Assembly: GCA_964057225.1 (NCBI GenBank)
Contig: OZ059895.1
Coordinates: 7,874,001 to 7,938,000, forward strand
Origin: Auanema rhodensis
Taxonomy: Eukaryota > Animalia > Nematoda
Length of the DNA stretch: 64,000 bases
Direction of reading: 5' to 3'
A program made the translations under genes and the position numbers. Positions 29,702 to 43,100 of the stretch are shown here, piece after piece. How positions within the stretch are numbered: position 1 is the first letter of the stretch; every line of letters begins with the position of its first letter. Under the pieces are notes generated by a model, which made no database searches, was not told the DNA's origin, and was given only the letters and a program-made list of their open reading frames with translations.

Positions 29702-31532
29702 ATCATTTCTATAGTTTCCACCTAGTTTCAACATTTTCATAGCTAATTTTAGAATCACCTAACAAAAAAAGTGGTCGTCGTTTCATTATGAACTCTTGTC
29801 CTCTTCTCATCTTCACCAACCATTACGAGGCAACCGATTTATGGGCATTTGCTATTCCTCTTGTTTGCAATTCTTTTCTTTATTCCTTCATTTCAAAGTC
29901 ATCATTACGGTATATATACTACTATCAATATTATATTATACTATATAGTATATAATATTTATTTTTTTTAATATTTTTTCATTTTCGTTCAAATATATTG
30001 AAGAAAAATAATTCTTATTATCAATTTCTATCCTTTTGACTTCATTATATCATGAATCAACTATTGAAGATCTGATTGGAGCTTTGTTATATTTAATATA
30101 AAAAATTATATTATACGTAGATATATTATATTATTATATCATCCTTATTTGGATGATATGTAAATCAGATTCTACTGATTTGTGAAAGTAATATGCTTTC
30201 AATTTCAAAATTTTTGAACTTTTTATTCAAAAGATTAGAAATATATTAATAGAATTAAGTTTGTATCACATATTATAATATTATAAATTATTATATTATC
30301 CAGAATTGCAAAAACAAATATAGATATTATATATATATTTCTTTACATAATTTATTTTAATTTTATCTTAACTTAATTATTAAAATTTGAAAAAAATTGC
30401 GCTAGAAAATGTTATTAACCTTTATATGATTTTCTTTTAAGTATAGAATATTATACTATATAGTTAGTGTATTAATCACTTGTTTTGAATTATCTGTGCT
30501 CTTTTCCAATATTTCAAAACTGTTTTTATATATGTTTACAGTACAACATTATTTAGAGTTTTCTTCTATTTGTTTACAAACAAAATTAAATTTTATTTTC
30601 TTGGTCGAACAATTTCTCTTAATTAGATTTCAAAATTGTCTGAAACTTGAGCATAGATCTAGAATTCCTGAATACATAATGTAGTTCATGTGTGCATGTA
30701 TGTGTATCTATGTATGTCGATTTTCCTTTTGAACTTCCTTATTCATTTTGAAAAAATTTGCAAAGTTCTTTGCAAATCAAATCAGATAAACTTTTTTTTT
30801 CCACTTTACTTATACTTATATGATATAAGTATATTTCCATTTATAGTTAATGATTACTTTGTTGTAATCACCTATAATTTTTACGATAAAGCATCTTCTA
30901 TTGACGAATGCGAACACTAACTATCCGTTTTGCCAGCTTGTCCTTCCAGATTTCTCTTTCCCCGTCATATACTCTACAACACCAACTTATGCTGATCAGT
31001 TGTCAGCCACGTTATCAGAAGTTCCCAGGCCTCCGTCTTTCTAGCCGCCAGCTATGTTTTATTCTATTTCTCATCTTTCAACGTTTTCTCCGCTTTCCAG
31101 AGCTTTCATGAAATCCAGTTTTTTTAGCTTATATCTATCACATACTTACGACTTTAATAAATCACTTCATGCTCTTAACAATTTTTTTATAGCTTTAACC
31201 ACAACTAAATTGAAATTATCATAAAATTTCATTTTATATATGTTTTACTGCATATCAATTTATATAATTTGTTATATTCTCTATTGTAATTTCGAAAATT
31301 TGATTTTCGATTCATCTCACTGTACATATACATTGATCAAAATTTTCTGACATTATTGTACAGAACATTGATCATTTACCTCAATTTATTCAAATAATTT
31401 ATGATGATATCGCATTGTTTTTATGGTTTTGTTAACTCATCTTATCTACATATTCCCCTATATTTCTTCTTTTTTTTTCACATTATTATCCAACTTTGTT
31501 GATTTCTATTTCACTGTTTCCGTTTTTAGAAA

Positions 31533-33204
31533 ATGGAAGCTGGTAGTGAGGTATCAGCTGAAGATAAAAAAATGCTGGACCAAGAGGAAAAGCGGTTTCT
31601 CTCTAGTTCACCTGAAAGCCGGATTTTAAATCCAAATGAAGCTGAAGCCCTTCCCTCAATGCCAGAAGATGATCCTAATGGCAACGTGAATAACGTGATG
31701 GGTACCGCAGCTCCACGATGGGGACCTCAACATGCCGGAGCTAAAGCCTTAGCATCAATGTACAGTAAAGGTAACACATTGCGTTATATGCTTAAAGACA
31801 AGCTGAATAATTTAGAAAAACGTTTCCAAGAAACCATATCAGTTGTAGTAGCTCCAATTCTCTTTATGCTAGTTCTTATCAACTTGTTATTCACCTGGGA
31901 TTGGTCAATTTGCGGTAAGTTCTATATCGTTTTATTGAATTTGAATACTATAGTATAGTTAAAATTAATTTTTAATAAATAATTTTAGGGTCTGTCATTC
32001 TTTCATCCATTTTGGGAATATTAACTGCCGACTTCTCTTCTGGCTTAGTTCATTGGGGAGCTGATACTTTCGGTAGTGTGGACACTTGGTTCGGAAGAGT
32101 ATGTTAAAATAGAAATACATTTCAGATATTTTATTTATTTTTTTTTTTAATTTTAGTCATTTATTCGGCCGTTCCGTGAGCATCATGTTGATCCAACAGC
32201 TATAACTAGACATGATTTTATTGAGGTAAGACATATTATTCATTAACTATATGTATATATATATATATATATATAACTTATTTAATTTTTTAATATTATA
32301 GGTTAATGGTGATAACTTTATGTTATGTATTCCTCATTTGGCTTATATTCTATATCAACAAATGACATATTCACATCAAGATATTAACAGATGGGCAAGT
32401 ATTCATTGGTATTTCCTTCTGTTAGCTGTTTATGTAGCAATGACTAATCAGGTATTTTTTAATTTCTTTTGTTTATGATCAATAATCAATAATTTATTGA
32501 TTAATTTTAATAAAATTTTTTTTTTAAAGATTCATAAGTGGTCGCATACATACTTTTCCTTGTCACCTTGGGTTGTAACTTTGCAAAAGCTTCACATTAT
32601 TCTTCCACGACATCATCATAAGGTAATATATATATTTATATATTGAAAAATAATTAGCATTATATAATGAAACGTTATGTTTTCTGAATTTAAGCTTGTA
32701 AGCTTGTGAAAGAAACTTGAAAACCTGCACATAACGGCTGTTTTCTTTTGAGCAATAACATATGTATCATCTTTACATGAAAAATAAAATAAAAATTGAT
32801 CGCTATTTCTATGCTGTTTCAATTTTGAAATATTCATATTATTGATTTTTAAATATTTAATTATATCAATTAAACATATAGTTAATGAGTTTCTTTGCAA
32901 AAGTTCAATGAAATTTGATATTATTTGTAAGTTTAACAAAGGTTATTTCAGGTTCATCATATATCACCTCATGCATGCTATTATTGCATTACCACCGGCT
33001 GGCTTAATTTCCCATTAGAAAGTATAGGTAAATTAACTATTTTTAAATTTTTTTTAAAAAATATTTATATTTTTCTTTTATAAATTATTCTAACTAGTTG
33101 ATCTGTTTGCAGGTTTTTGGAGACGTGCTGAATCAGTTGTTACATTCTTAACTGGAATGAAGCCACGCGAAGATGACTTGAAATGGGCTACAAAGCTTCG
33201 TTAA
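31533..33204 (+). CDS. tmem-189: Plasmanylethanolamine desaturase TMEM189/PEDS1 (Kua/CarF family)
   Basis: Exons 31533-31770, 31816-31914, 31989-32098, 32157-32225, 32302-32451, 32530-32622, 32952-33027, 33113-33204. [83 protein letters not shown]: all histidine motifs present. Confidence 0.95.
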
Positions 33205-34640
33205 CTTTAATTATAAACTAAGTTTATAAGAAGTTATCAAATCGGAATTATTCCATTTTTTTTTTAAATTTTATTATTGTGTAATATTTGAAAGATAATG
33301 GTTATTAACTATATTAATTATCAGATGCATTCAAATACTTTTCATCATGCTTCTTCTTCAGTTTACTATATCATTTTCTTATTTTTCTTCTAATTCATTG
33401 AGAAATAATATTTTATAAAATATGTTTTTAGAGAAAAAAAAGATTTTAAAAGAAAAAGAGATTATCAGTATTTTATCTGATCACTTTGAAGAATTCCTTC
33501 GTTTCTATATAAGAAATGAACAAAACATTATCCATTATTTTGCCTTTTTTTTGTAAAAGGAAAGAAATCTTTTCTAAGATTTTATGAAACTTTAAAAAAC
33601 TGTATTTTATTATTTACATTATATTTTTGTTTTATTTTTTAATAATAATTTGTCAAATTAGGTGTATATCTTTTTTTCTACATTATTCATATCAGGGTCC
33701 GAATATGTTTTTCTTATTTTGTAGATTATAAACAATATTTTTTTTGTTTAATAGTTTCTCTCGCTAATACTCGTTTTTTCTTTCTTTCCATCCCCTCACC
33801 CTCCTCCCATTTTTTTTCTCTCTCTCTCTTCCCTTCCCGTCTCTCTCTCTCTCTTTCTCGCTCTCTCTTTATCTCTCTTTCTCTTCATATACATATATGT
33901 ATATCTCTTAACTACTTTCTCTTATTTGACCCTTTGTCATTTTATGAAAAATGTTACTTTTCTTTGATTTTTTTAAATAAAAAAATCAAATATTTTCAAT
34001 GTTAATGGCCTTAGATTGCTGCATTGTATGTGATGTATGAAGCTAAAAATCTTTTTTTTTTTCTTAATTTTGTGATTCATGAATTATTTTTATTTAAATT
34101 ATAAGGTTTTAATTATACTTTATACATAATGTATATGTATAAATCAAATAGATTTTTTTTCTTTTCAAATTAAAATTTTTACAAATATTTGTTTGTATTC
34201 ATACAGACTTTCTAGTTTATTTTGATAATTTTTATACATGAATTTAATGTAAATTATAAAAGAAAAAATGAACATTTTTTAAAAATAAATTGATTTTAAT
34301 ATAATTTAAATAATGAAAATTAATATAATATAGTATATAATAATATATTATTATTATATTCTTAACAACAAAATCATATTTTCTATCATGTATGATAGAA
34401 TTCAAATCAGCTTTACTTTGGTTATGTAAAATTAACTGTTGTATATATAACTGTTTTATAATCAAAATTCAAAATATTAAGATGGTTTAACATAATATTA
34501 TCATATTTTTAAAAAGATGTTGATTGAGTAAAACCTGAAAACACGTTGAAAACACATTTTGATCATTAATATGCTTTTGGGCTATTTTTAACGGTTTTCT
34601 CTATATTTGTCGAAAATGGATAATTTTCATTCTTCTTAGC

Positions 34641-34875
34641 ATGACAAAAAAAAAAGATACAAAAAATCTGTCCGAAGAAGTGCAATATGCCATAATTAGA
34701 GGGAGAAGCCAGGGCATGAAACACCAGGAACTGGCAACTCAGTTTGGTATCAGTAGGAAAACTGTAACCAACTTATTGAAGAGTTGGAGAGTCCAAGGAG
34801 GCTATATCCATAAGAAAAGTCCAGGAAGACTACGGATTACGGACAAAATAACAGATAGGAACATTATCAGCATCT
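34641..34875 (+). mobile_element. Truncated Tc1-family transposase, N-terminal paired-like HTH only
   Basis: KNLSEEVQYAII..G....LA.Q...S..T....K......SPGRLRITDKITDRNII resembles the Tc1 N-terminus (KNLSLDVKKAIV...SPGRPRVTTHRMDRNIL). Similarity stops at ~34875; no DDE domain or TIR found. Confidence 0.8.
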
Positions 34876-35330
34876 TTTTCAATTTTGTTAGAATTAAATT
34901 TTATAAAAAACACACATATTTCGAAAAAGCTTTTTGTTCGCTACTGTATTTGCCATCGTATGGCTAAGCTCTCAAAAATCTCAGGGACTCCACATGGAAA
35001 TTGGAACCTTTTTCCCACATCTATTATACCTATTGTCTTCATTATAAATGTTTACAAATCTCTTTCACTTTAGCTTAAAGGCATTTAAAATTTTAAAAAA
35101 TTTATTTTTCAAAACAAAGCTAAGAATATAACTAAATCTAAAATTCAATAAAAAATATTATACAGACATAATAGGACTAGATGTTGAACATATGTATATT
35201 TCCTGATAAGTCTAATCTTGTTTCCATTTCATCTACACTAACAAATCTAAATATATAAATAAATATATTTTATTAATATTATATTGATTAATTTAATATA
35301 ATTAATTTTATTAATAAATATACCTATTTT

Positions 35331-38300
35331 TTAATAAAGGAGATTGTCTGATTTCTCATTATCACCAAGTCTTTGATGTTGAACTAAAGTTGCATAAGTT
35401 CCTGGCTGACTTACTAACTGCTGGTGTGTTCCAATCTGTTCAACTATTCCCTTAAAAATCATTTTTAAAACGTATTTAGATTATTATTTAATTATAAACC
35501 TTATTAATCACAATAATCTTATCGGCTTTCTTTACAGTTGACAATCGGTGAGCAATCATGATAACGCTTTTGCCCTCAAGGTTTTTATAGATTGCATTCT
35601 GAAGAGATTGAATTCTGAAGTTGCCTGCATTGCTTTAACTAACTTGAACAAGAGCTTCAGATTCAGTATCCAATGCTGATGTAGCTTCATCAAGTAGAAG
35701 AACAGCAGGATTACGTATAATTGCTCGAGCAATAGCTATACGTTGCTTCTGTCCTCCAGATATCTGACAACCTTTCTCACCTACATTCGTATCATATGTG
35801 TCAGTACAGTCCATTATGAAGTTATGAGCATTAGCCATTACAGCAGCATTAACACAATCCTGATATATGTCATATAGTTAATGAGATAAATATACAAATA
35901 ATTACAGTTTCAGTCTTATCTTCACATCCATAGCGTATATTTTCCATAACTGATTGAGCAAACAGTGCAGGTTCTTGACCAACCAAAGCTATCTATCAAA
36001 ATTTTATTTTAATATACTATATGTATATATATTATATAATTTTATACCTTTCTATGTATGTAATGATAATCATAATCATGTAATGGAATTCCATCAATCA
36101 ATATTTGTCCACTTATTGGTTGATAAAAGTTTTCTAATAAAGAAATACACGAAGATTTTCCTGATCCTGATGGTCCAACTAATGCTACAGTCTCTCCTGG
36201 TTGAACTGTGAAAGAAACTCCCTTTAATAATAAATAATAATTAATATTATAACTAAATAAGAAAGAAATAAACCTTTAGAATAGGATTGTTTTTACGAGT
36301 TGGATAGCTGAAGTGAACATCTCTGAATTCAATATGTCCTTGCAAGTGATCAGGTTGAGAAGTGCCAAGCTGTTTAATAGTTGGTTCAATATTAATATAT
36401 TCAAAAGCCTGTAAATATAATAATTATTTGAAAATAAAGAAATCTTCTAATTTTTGTTGAATTTGAAAAGATATTGAAGTTGTATATGATGAATGTACCT
36501 TTCTACTAGAACCGATTGTTTGCATTAATCCAGCCCAAACTTCTAATACTTGTCTTAATGATTCTGCAACTTGTATTTGGTAGATCAAGAAAGAAAGTAA
36601 TAGTTCTCCCTGAATAGCATTATATAATTATAAAATTTATATTATATAAATTATATATTATACCTTTAAATGTTTTTGAAGAACTAAATGTCCACCATAC
36701 CATAGTAGTGCAACTATATTTAAAGTTTGAAAAAACTATAAAAAATAATAATTTTAATAATATTATTATAATTTATAAAATATTACTTCTATAACTATTT
36801 CAAATACTATATAAACATAAGTTTTCTTTTCAATTATTTTCAAAAGTTCAGTAAGCACGTGATAGAAACGATCTCCTTCAAGATCTTCACCAGCAAATGA
36901 ACGAATAGTACGCATAGTTGATATAACTTCTTCTGATACATCGTTTGAATAAGCAACAAACTCTTGTGATTTTTCAGCAAGAATCTAAACAATTGTTGTT
37001 TATTTTTCATATAAATCAATATAATTATAATAAATTTAAATTAAAACTACTTACATCATGATAATAACCAGAAATCTCTGTTACTATAAAGCTTATAGGT
37101 ACTAGAATGAATGTAACAAGAGCAAGTCTCCATGATAATGTAAACATAAATATTACTGTACCAGATATCATTACAACATTTCTATAATATTATTATTTTA
37201 TATTTTATATTTAATTTTTAAAAATAAAAATGTATTTTTTTAGTCTAACTATTTTGCTTTTATTTACTTTTTGTTGCAACAATTGGTTATATATTTATAT
37301 TTTGCTTTTTTTTCAATTTGAAAGTTTATATACAGAAATAATATTATTTTTTATATAATTATAAATTTACCTTATGATGTAATTCATATTATTGGCCATA
37401 GTATCTAATATGACTTGACAATCAGCACCTAAACGAGATCCAATCTCACCTAAACATCAAAGTTAATTATTCCATTTTCTTTATTTTTTTAAAAAATATA
37501 TATTTACCAGTTTTATGAGCATCAAAGAAAGCTACATCTTGATGAAGAAGAGATGAAAAGAGATCATAACGAATTGATGTATAGACTCGAGAAAATGCGT
37601 ACACGTATGAGCCTTCACGAACACCAGATGAAAAAGCACTGAAAAATCAGAACAAATTAATTAAAAAAAGAATAATTTTATAAAAATATTTGTTGATTTT
37701 GAAGAAAATTAGCTTTTATTTCAAATATTTAAATATATAACTATATATACCTTATAAATGAGATCAAAGCCATTACATAAACAGCTGTCGTAAGAGAAGA
37801 ATAAGACTTTGTTTCTATAATTGTAGCCATAACTTGTCCAATATAATATGGTACTAATATTTTAGCTAAAAATAATCTTATATACTATATAATAATTAAT
37901 ATAAATAAAAGTTTAGATAGTTTATTCTCTTAATATCTTGTTAACTCACTGAGAATATTGACAATCATCCAAACAAATCCAGAAACCTGCCATATCCATT
38001 CTCTATTACAATATTGCATTAGTTGATATAATACTTGATAAGTTGTTTTAGTATTTGATTCAATATCATTCTTAAATATAAATTATATATTTTTTTAAAT
38101 AATTAAATATAAATTAATATAATTATATTAATATTACTTACTTCATTATCTTCATCTAATACAATATATGATGATGGAGCTTTCGAAAAGTAGTATTTCC
38201 ATGTTATATGAAGTATAATACTAGCAATAGCATTCCAAATAACTATAATCCAATCTCCTTTAAACATTATTTCTTCTGAAATAATGTTTTTTTTTTCAAA

Positions 38301-38769
38301 TTAATATATATTTATTATTAATTATTATTACCATCAAATTTTGATTCTGCTAAAAATAAAACTTTTGTTGGACTATATGAATACATAATTAAAGCTAAAC
38401 ATGATGTTATCTAAAATATTTTTATATAGTTTTTAATTTAAAAAGAAAACAATTTTATACGTTTTTAATTATCTGAATATGTTTCATCTGAGTACCATAT
38501 CTATAAAGTATTGCAGGTAATAACCATAATATACTTCGTATGAAAGCCAAAACCAGTATATCTAATGTACTAAATAGAATTTTAAAAAATATTTAAAAAT
38601 AAAAAAATGAAATATACCTTGTAAAGAATGAGAATGTAGTAAATTGACTCGTAAAATTAGAAAAAGATATATTATTTCCATGTAATAATATACATAAAAA
38701 CGATATAGTAATATCAATAGATAGAAGGCATAATCCACATACTAGTTGAGATGTTGGATTTGATAACAT
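35331..38769 (-). CDS. ABCB half transporter, HAF-4/HAF-9 (ABCB9/TAPL) group, many exons
   Basis: N-terminal TMD0 extension, ABC TMD, Walker [12 protein letters not shown]-loop VGQEP, signature [14 protein letters not shown], Walker [13 protein letters not shown]-loop [26 protein letters not shown] recalls HAF-4. In-frame TAA at 35331-35333. Confidence 0.9.
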
Positions 38770-39152
38770 CTTGAATTCCAATTTACAATATTATATATAT
38801 ATATATATATAATAAGGAAGTTAAATAACTTTTAGAATAAATATATAGAGAGAGAGAGCGAAAGCGAAGATTTGTAGCTATCTATCAGTTCATTTGAACA
38901 AGTGAAAAGACAGAGATATGATGAACGAGAATTTATAAGCGCAATACTTGATGATGTTGTGCAATACTACGCAATTAGACGTACTAGGATTTCTTTGACT
39001 TTTCATGAAATTCTTATATAATTATAATATTTTAATTTTAATAATATTACTTTTATTAACAAAAAATTAACTTATAATTATTTGTAAATTATTTAATTTC
39101 GTTTATTTATTTTATTTATTTTATAATTTATTTTTTATTATTTTACGGCATA

Positions 39153-39573
39153 TTAGGTGGTTCAATTGAAACGTGGCCCCCATCTATTTTTTTTTTTTTT
39201 CAAAAATTTTAAAATTTAACAAACAAAAATAATATAAAAGAATATATTTAAATGAATACAAAATAATATTTTTATTTAATCTCAGCTCATTCGTTTGAAA
39301 AGCTTGTTTGATTTTCCTCTTTCTCTGTCTTGTTAGTAATGAATGGATGGATGTAGCTCATATGTTTCACGTCCTTCTTCTTCATTTTAAGAATTGTGTT
39401 TGCCATTGAAGCCAAAGAACAGCTCAGAAATAGGAGCGTTGAAGAAAAGTAGAAGAAAGTGATAAAGAATCAAGAAAATTATTTGAAAAAATAAAAATTT
39501 TTGAAATTTTCTGTTTTTTTAAAAGTTTTTGGGGCTACATCATTGGGAGCTACGTTTCAATTGGACGATCTAA
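39153..39573. mobile_element. Degenerate mariner-type MITE, about 421 bp
   Basis: 30-bp TIRs TTAGGTGGTTCAATTGAAACGTGGCCCCCA versus the reverse complement of 39544-39573, TTAGATCGTCCAATTGAAACGTAGCTCCCA (25/30). Left flank TA, right flank CA. Confidence 0.8.
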
Positions 39574-40154
39574 CATTAATCTTAAATAAACAAATAAAAA
39601 TAAAAAACATACATACATCGTATGTGTTTCATCTTTTTAAGGTCAAAAATCATTTCATTTCCAATTAACAAGTGTGAAAACACCCGATGAACTTTATTGA
39701 CATTCCTGTACAACATGACATCATCTTTATTTGTTTTTCTAAGTATTTATGTCAATTTTTTATAATCTTTATAAATTATAATTTTTTATAAAAGAAATAT
39801 GAAATATAAATTGTATAATATTTATAGAACATCTGAAAAAAGGACAATTAATTAATGAAATATAGTTAAACACAAAAAGAGACAGTTTGGAATGAGCTTT
39901 AAAGAAGAGAACAGTTTTGAAATATAAAAATGAATGAAAATATAAACAAAAAAAAAAGAAAAAATACTTTAATTATTGTTGGAAATGAAATGGCAAGGTA
40001 TTATAATAAATTTAAAGTAAAACAATAGGTGATATGGAGGTAAATGATAAATAAAACACGTGAGGAGGCTGAAGCAAATACTTGAATTTTAAAAAAACGG
40101 AGATTACTCTCAGGAAAATTTAATTGAAATGAATTCCAGCTTTATATTGAAATA

Positions 40155-43100
40155 CTAAAAATTGGGATAATTGTAGTCAGTATCTATGGCTGGAGCTCGC
40201 TTATCTTGGAATAAGGTTTTGAGTTGTCTGACACTCCAGTTAATTTCTAATGGATCCATACCAATGTATTCATTGCGATCTCTCCGAGTTTTTACCGAAT
40301 ATGCCCTAAAATGCATAATCAATAATTTTTTTAAAATATAATTATAATATTACCTCTGAAGTTCCCGTTGAAGAGATGCTGGACTCTTCTGTTCGCGTTG
40401 AGATGATGATCGTTGCAACTCAACTCGTTTAGGTGATTCAGAATTATCTTCGTTGACATCTCGACGTGATGTTTTCAAACTGCCATAGTCAGTAGCAGGC
40501 TCAATACAGTATGGTGAAAATTTTTCGGTGATAAGAATTGGTAGATTCTTATCGCAATCTTCTTGTAATTTTGGTGAAGCAATAGATGTGCATGTGGTAT
40601 TTGTAACCGGCGGTAATACAACTGGAGTTGGTGGCACATAGCTCTGAAAAATATAAATATAAGTTAGTGCATGATATAAGATTCATTTGAATTACCTTAC
40701 GTACAAAACGAGGAGATTCTACTTCAACTTCATCAACTTGTCTCTCTCGTAGCTGTGCTAGGCGTTCTGAGATAGATGGTGAAGCAGGTACAACAGTGGG
40801 GACAGTTTGAATAACGGAATCACGTGATGTATTCTGCCATAACATACTATCCTTGTTCATAAATGGATGAACTTGAACAGTTGGCTTAACGTCACGAACA
40901 TGATCACGTCGTTCTATACGAGGCGAAGAAGGAATTTCCGGTTTCTGAAATAAAAAATATATTAAGATAGATGTCTTGAAGAGGATTACATACAATATCA
41001 TTCAGCGATGTAGTGGTACTTCGGAAAGCTGGAAATCGGTTAATTGAACTAGATGTGCTTGTTGCTGTTGCTGTGGGTATTGCAACATTCGCCAAATTTT
41101 GTCGTTGTTGCTGCTCTAGATCTATCGTTTGAGTTGCTTCTTCTTTTGATTCCTTTCGTAGAATTGCGGGAACTCCCGTCTCGCTTTGCTCAATAGCAGC
41201 AACTGCACTACTTACGCGACGTCCATTAGCCATCGATACCTCTGATTCTCGTGGACTGGTTTCAGAATACATTGGTCGAGCAGATGGATTGGACGAAGTA
41301 GCCAGACTTCCAAGTCCATATCCATTAGATTGCTTGGAGGCATTACGTAATTGGGCCTCCTGAGTACGTTGGAAGTGAATTCGTTTTAAGCAAGGTGATC
41401 TCGGTGTATCACCGGAACGTCGTTCTTCCATCTTTGCCATTGACTCTTTGGCTGCTTCTTTAACGTTTACGTCTGTTGTCTGTTTTTTCAATAATAACAT
41501 CTTCAGAGCATCATTGAGATTTTCTTCTTTTTCTTCATCAAAATCATCATCTGAGTCAGAAATCATTGCTGAAGAAGATGTATGTCTGTATTCAGATGAC
41601 ATACTACTCATGGCTGCTTGGTGTGCTATGCATGTTGAAGAACTAAAGGGAGAAATAGCAGACGTTGTAGGTTTGCTTGCATATGAATACTGACTAGAAG
41701 ATGCCACAGAGGATAACGAATACGATGCTGACGAGCTGAGGCTACCGGGAGTCAACGACGAAGTAGAAGCTACAGCAGCTGTTGGAAGTTCACTAGATCC
41801 CGACGATGATAAGCTAGGAATCCGATTAGAAGACGGTGCATGGGCTACAGAATTAACAGAAATTGAATCCGATAAGCTAGATTGAGAAAGAGCATCAGCT
41901 TCTTCACCATCAATTTCTTCAATAATTGGTGTTTTTTGTGATACAGCATCATCATCAGAACATATTGATGGATTAGTAACAACATTAGAATTATGATCAA
42001 CCTATAATTTTTGAAATTATATTATTAAAACAAATATAAAATTATACAGTTTGAAGGATGGAAAAAACACAATCAGAGTTGAAGCCTGGAACAACTTCCC
42101 CTGCATAATTAATTAGAAATTCGACTAGCAAAGGTATTTTCTTTCCTCCTTCGATTTGATCTGAAATATATAGTTGTTTAGTTTAATAAAATGTCTAAAC
42201 AGTTACAGTATTTGAAATTACGTGAACTTTACGTGATTCAAATATTTTTTTTTTTTTAAATTAAAAAGATTGGTTGTATCTTAATATATAATTAATATTT
42301 AAAATATCTATCTAACTATATGTATGTCTATATATATAATATATAATATATATATGTTTATATCCCTTTTTTGACATGATAATTTGATAAGTTGAGAAGA
42401 TAATAATTAAGATATAAGAGAAAAGATATACTATATATGACCTGATTATATGATTCAATATCTTTTACAAGAAACATTAGTATATGTTTCTCTTTTATTA
42501 ATTATTATTAATAATAATATTAATTATTAATTATTATATCATATAAATTATATATTTTTTTATTTTTAATATTATATTTAATAATAATATATATAGATAT
42601 GTATATATATAGTTAGCATGTACCTGATGATTCTAAGAATGAAGGCCCCAAACAAACAGAGAGAGCTGATGCTGTCATCTTAGATGTTGCAGATGCAGAA
42701 ATCTTAGCCAATAGCTTAAGAACATTTGATAATAACATTAAATGAGGTGAAGGTAGGAGAGAAAGAAGATTTCTTGTTGATGTTATCTGAAAGAAATTTT
42801 TGTTTTTGAAATTAAAATATTTTTTTCAAAACCTTTTTGTTAAGATCTTCTTCATTAACAACTTCTTTCATCCACATATCATAATTGCTACTTTGAAGTA
42901 TTTTACCAGGTATACTTCGTAAATATTCCTAAAACGATTTCAATATTATCTTAAAGTTTTAATGATTATACCTTTAACATAGAAGCTAAAACATGAGTGC
43001 TGTACTTATTAAGATCTGGTACAAGACCCTTCTCCAATTCAGTTCGAAGTTCTTTAAATGTACTCTGTTTTGGTGATTTTCTTAAGAAAATAGTTTATAG

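Noticed and set aside
41448-41693. Plus-strand ORFs overlapping genes (also 4027-4257, 52211-52393, 53854-54084)
   Set aside because: Antisense shadows of real minus-strand exons
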